Positions 61,873 to 64,000 of a stretch of 64,000 bases of DNA are shown piece after piece. The DNA comes from an uncultured delta proteobacterium. Its GTDB lineage: Bacteria > Desulfobacterota > Binatia > UBA9968. The stretch spans positions 8,450 to 72,449 of the forward strand of contig CAVUVW010000024.1 in assembly GCA_963745035.1 (NCBI GenBank), in the 5' to 3' direction. How positions within the stretch are numbered: the first letter of the stretch is position 1; each line of letters begins with the position of its first letter. The notes under the pieces were generated by a model, which ran no database searches, was not told the origin of the DNA, and saw nothing but the letters and a program-made list of their open reading frames with translations. The position numbers were made by a program, and so were the translations under genes.

Positions 61873-62548
61873 CACGCGATGTCCTTCTCGATCCGGCCGT
61901 CGCGCAAGTAGATCCGCCGATCGCCGAAGCGCGGCCGCCTCCTCGCTGTGGGTGACCATGACGACCGTGCAGCCGTCTTCTTTGCTGATCTGGCGCAGCA
62001 GCGACAGAATCGCGTTGCCGTTCTTGGAGTCCAAATTGCCCGTGGGTTCATCGGCGAGAAGAATCGGCGGATCGAAGACAAGGCCGCGCGCCATCGCCAC
62101 CCGCTGGATCTCGCCGCCGGAAAGCTCTTCGGGAAGATGCTCTTTGCGTGTTTCCAGTCCGACCTTTTTGAGAAGCGCCGCGCGCGGCTCTTCCGCGTCG
62201 AGCCTGGCCCGACCGTCGAGCACGAGCGGCAAGGCGACGTTTTCCAAAGCCGTGAGGCTCGGCAGCAAATTGAAGAACTGAAACACGAAGCCGATTTTCT
62301 TCCGGCGAAACAAGGTCACTTGATCGTCTGCCATCTGGCCGACCAAGCGGTTATCGACCAGCAGCTCGCCGCTGCTCGGCCGGTCGAGGCCCGCCGATCA
62401 AATGCAACAGCGTGCTTTTGCCCGAGCCGCTCGGCCCCATGATCACGGCGAAGGATCCCTTGGCGATATCCAATGAGATACCCGCCAATGCGATAATTTC
62501 GTTTTCGCCCTGCTTGAAGACTTTGCGGACGTCGAGGCAGCGGATCAT
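61872..62548 (-). CDS. ABC transporter ATP-binding protein, LolD-like (frameshifts)
   Basis: GPSGSGKST, IGFVFQFFNL, LSGGEIQRV, LADEPTGNLD, VTH. Confidence 0.88.
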
Positions 62549-62561
62549 GTAGGTCGGCGAT

Positions 62562-62929
62562 TCAAGCGGCGCGGCTGATCTTCGGCGGTGTGAAGGAATT
62601 GATCGCCGTTCCTGGGGCGCGCTCGAGGTCTCCGCGAGATCTTTCCGCACAGCGCCGATGAGCGCGTCGACGTCGATGCCGAAGAAAATCGGGGCGTAGG
62701 GTTCGAGCTTTTCGATTCCGGTGCGCCAGAGCTTGAGAGCGCCCGCCGGCACGTTTTGCTGGAGCTTGAAGTAGCCCGCAGCGACCTGGATCAGACCCTG
62801 GTAAAACTTGCGGTCCTCGCCGTGATCCTCCAACCAGATTTCTTCGAGCGTTTCGTGGCACTCGAAGAAAAGCTCTTCGTTGAATTCATCGATGCCCTTG
62901 AGAAATCGCGGATCGTCTTTGGCTTCCAT
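62562..62929 (-). CDS. DUF309 domain protein
   Basis: GIDEFNEELFFECHETLEEIW..FYQGLIQVAAG. Confidence 0.85.
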
Positions 62930-62984
62930 GGCTTAGGTGTGCTTTCCGGCCCTTTTTCTTTCCAATATTCGCTGGAAAGAAAAC

Positions 62985-63068
62985 TCACCGCGGAGACGCG
63001 GAGTACGCCGAGACGACATTTGTCCTCTTCAAATTTTGACCTCTGCGAACTCTGTGTCTCTGCGGTGA
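62985..63068. repeat. Inverted 9-mer-type repeat (TCACCGCGGAGACGCGGAG ... CTCTGTGTCTCTGCGGTGA)
   Basis: Complementary arms with 9-bp periodicity. Confidence 0.75.
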
Positions 63069-63148
63069 AATGTCCTTCTCCACTTTTGCTGCGGCTTTGC
63101 CGCGCTCGGTTCTTTGTGGTTAATTCTTTTCCGATACTCGGAATACGA

Positions 63149-64000
63149 ATGTCACAGCCTAACGCGAAAAATGAGGTCACGCTAGACATCGATCGCCTTT
63201 CCTACGGACCGTACGGGATCGGCCGCGTCGATGGCCGGGTTCTGATGGTGCCCCACACCGCGCCCGGCGACACGATCACCGCAAATGTGGTCGAAGAAAG
63301 AGAGCGCTTCTCGATCGCCGAGCTCGCTCAAGTGCTCGAGCCCTCGCCCGCCCGTCGCTCACCGCCCTGTCCTTACGTCGGTCGCTGCGGCGGCTGCTCT
63401 TGGCAGCACCTGAATTATGAGCTCCAGCTCAAGGCAAAGCAGCAAAACGTCGAGGACTCGCTGCGCAGAATCGGCAAGCTCAGCGACTACGATCTCCGTC
63501 CGATCATTCCCGCCGCCGATGAATTTCACTACCGCCGGCGCATTCGTCTTCAGGTTGGACCTGGAAACACACTCGGATTCTACGGCGTCTCATCGCACGA
63601 TCTCGTCGAAATTGGAGCCTGTCTCATCGCTGCCGAGCCATTGAACGCTATGATCGAGACCTTGCGGCGCTGGGCGCCCAGCATGAACACAAACATCGGA
63701 ACAGGTAGAAATCGTCGTCGGCGACAAGCCGAATCAAACGGTTGCGGTGGTAAAAGCGCCGGATATGTTTTTGCCGCGGGACGAGCCCGCATGCGCGCAT
63801 CTAATCGGCAACGATAGTGGAATTCATGGTTTGATCATCGCCGGCCGCGACTGGCGCAGAGTTTGGGGAGAGCCGAGAATCACCGTGGGCCTCCACACCG
63901 CTCTCGAGCTCGACCTCGATGCCGATGTTTTCACACAGGTGAACCCACCGGGAAACCGACGCATTATCGATGAACTGCTCGCAGCGGGGGATTTTCGAAA
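63149..64000 (+). CDS. rlmD: TRAM-domain 23S rRNA (uracil-5)-methyltransferase, RlmD family (frameshifts; runs off edge)
   Basis: TRAM N-terminus, PCPYVGRCGGCSWQH, YRRRIRL, FTQVN. Confidence 0.85.

Noticed and set aside
59293-62346. Apparent 1017-aa ATPase-permease fusion (and DUF309-ATPase fusion at 62351-62929)
   Set aside because: The ATPase C-terminus (DRRIYLRDGRIEKDIA*) is in another frame and overlaps the permease ATG; frameshift artefacts.
1-64000. Widespread pseudogenisation or programmed frameshifting
   Set aside because: Single-base indels also hit housekeeping-type genes (rlmD, ABC ATPase), often at short homopolymers, without accumulated stop codons; consistent with long-read consensus error.

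Overview
GC-rich bacterial chromosome segment. The gene content and repeat-derived leaders suggest a Candidatus Binatota-like (former Deltaproteobacteria) organism; this is inference only. From left to right: (1) a beta-CASP metallo-beta-lactamase gene and tRNA-Ser(TGA). A ~5 kb tyrosine-integrase island has inserted so that it duplicates the tRNA 5' half, and an internally deleted older integrase of the same family sits in tandem. (2) A ~20 kb minus-strand CoA-dependent catabolic cluster: double-domain CoA-transferase, three enoyl-CoA hydratases, acyl-CoA ligase, non-canonical thiolase plus OB-fold partner, two complementary acyl-CoA dehydrogenases and several solute-binding proteins. (3) A divergently oriented tripartite tricarboxylate transporter locus in which 14 tandem TctC paralogs (~16 kb) lie between one tctB and one tctA. 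(4) Amidohydrolases, three tandem exported methyltransferases and housekeeping genes. The most striking signal: in TctC copies 8-14 the signal peptide is encoded by an 89-bp palindrome, (GTTCAAnn)x4 - 29-bp loop - (TTGAAC)x4. A related repeat occurs free in intergenic DNA, and the leader is shared across different mature-domain subfamilies. Most intergenic gaps contain short palindromic or tandem repeats, and two other repeat families have also entered coding sequence. Single-base indels break many genes and are probably long-read errors; gene boundaries below are hand-corrected across them.
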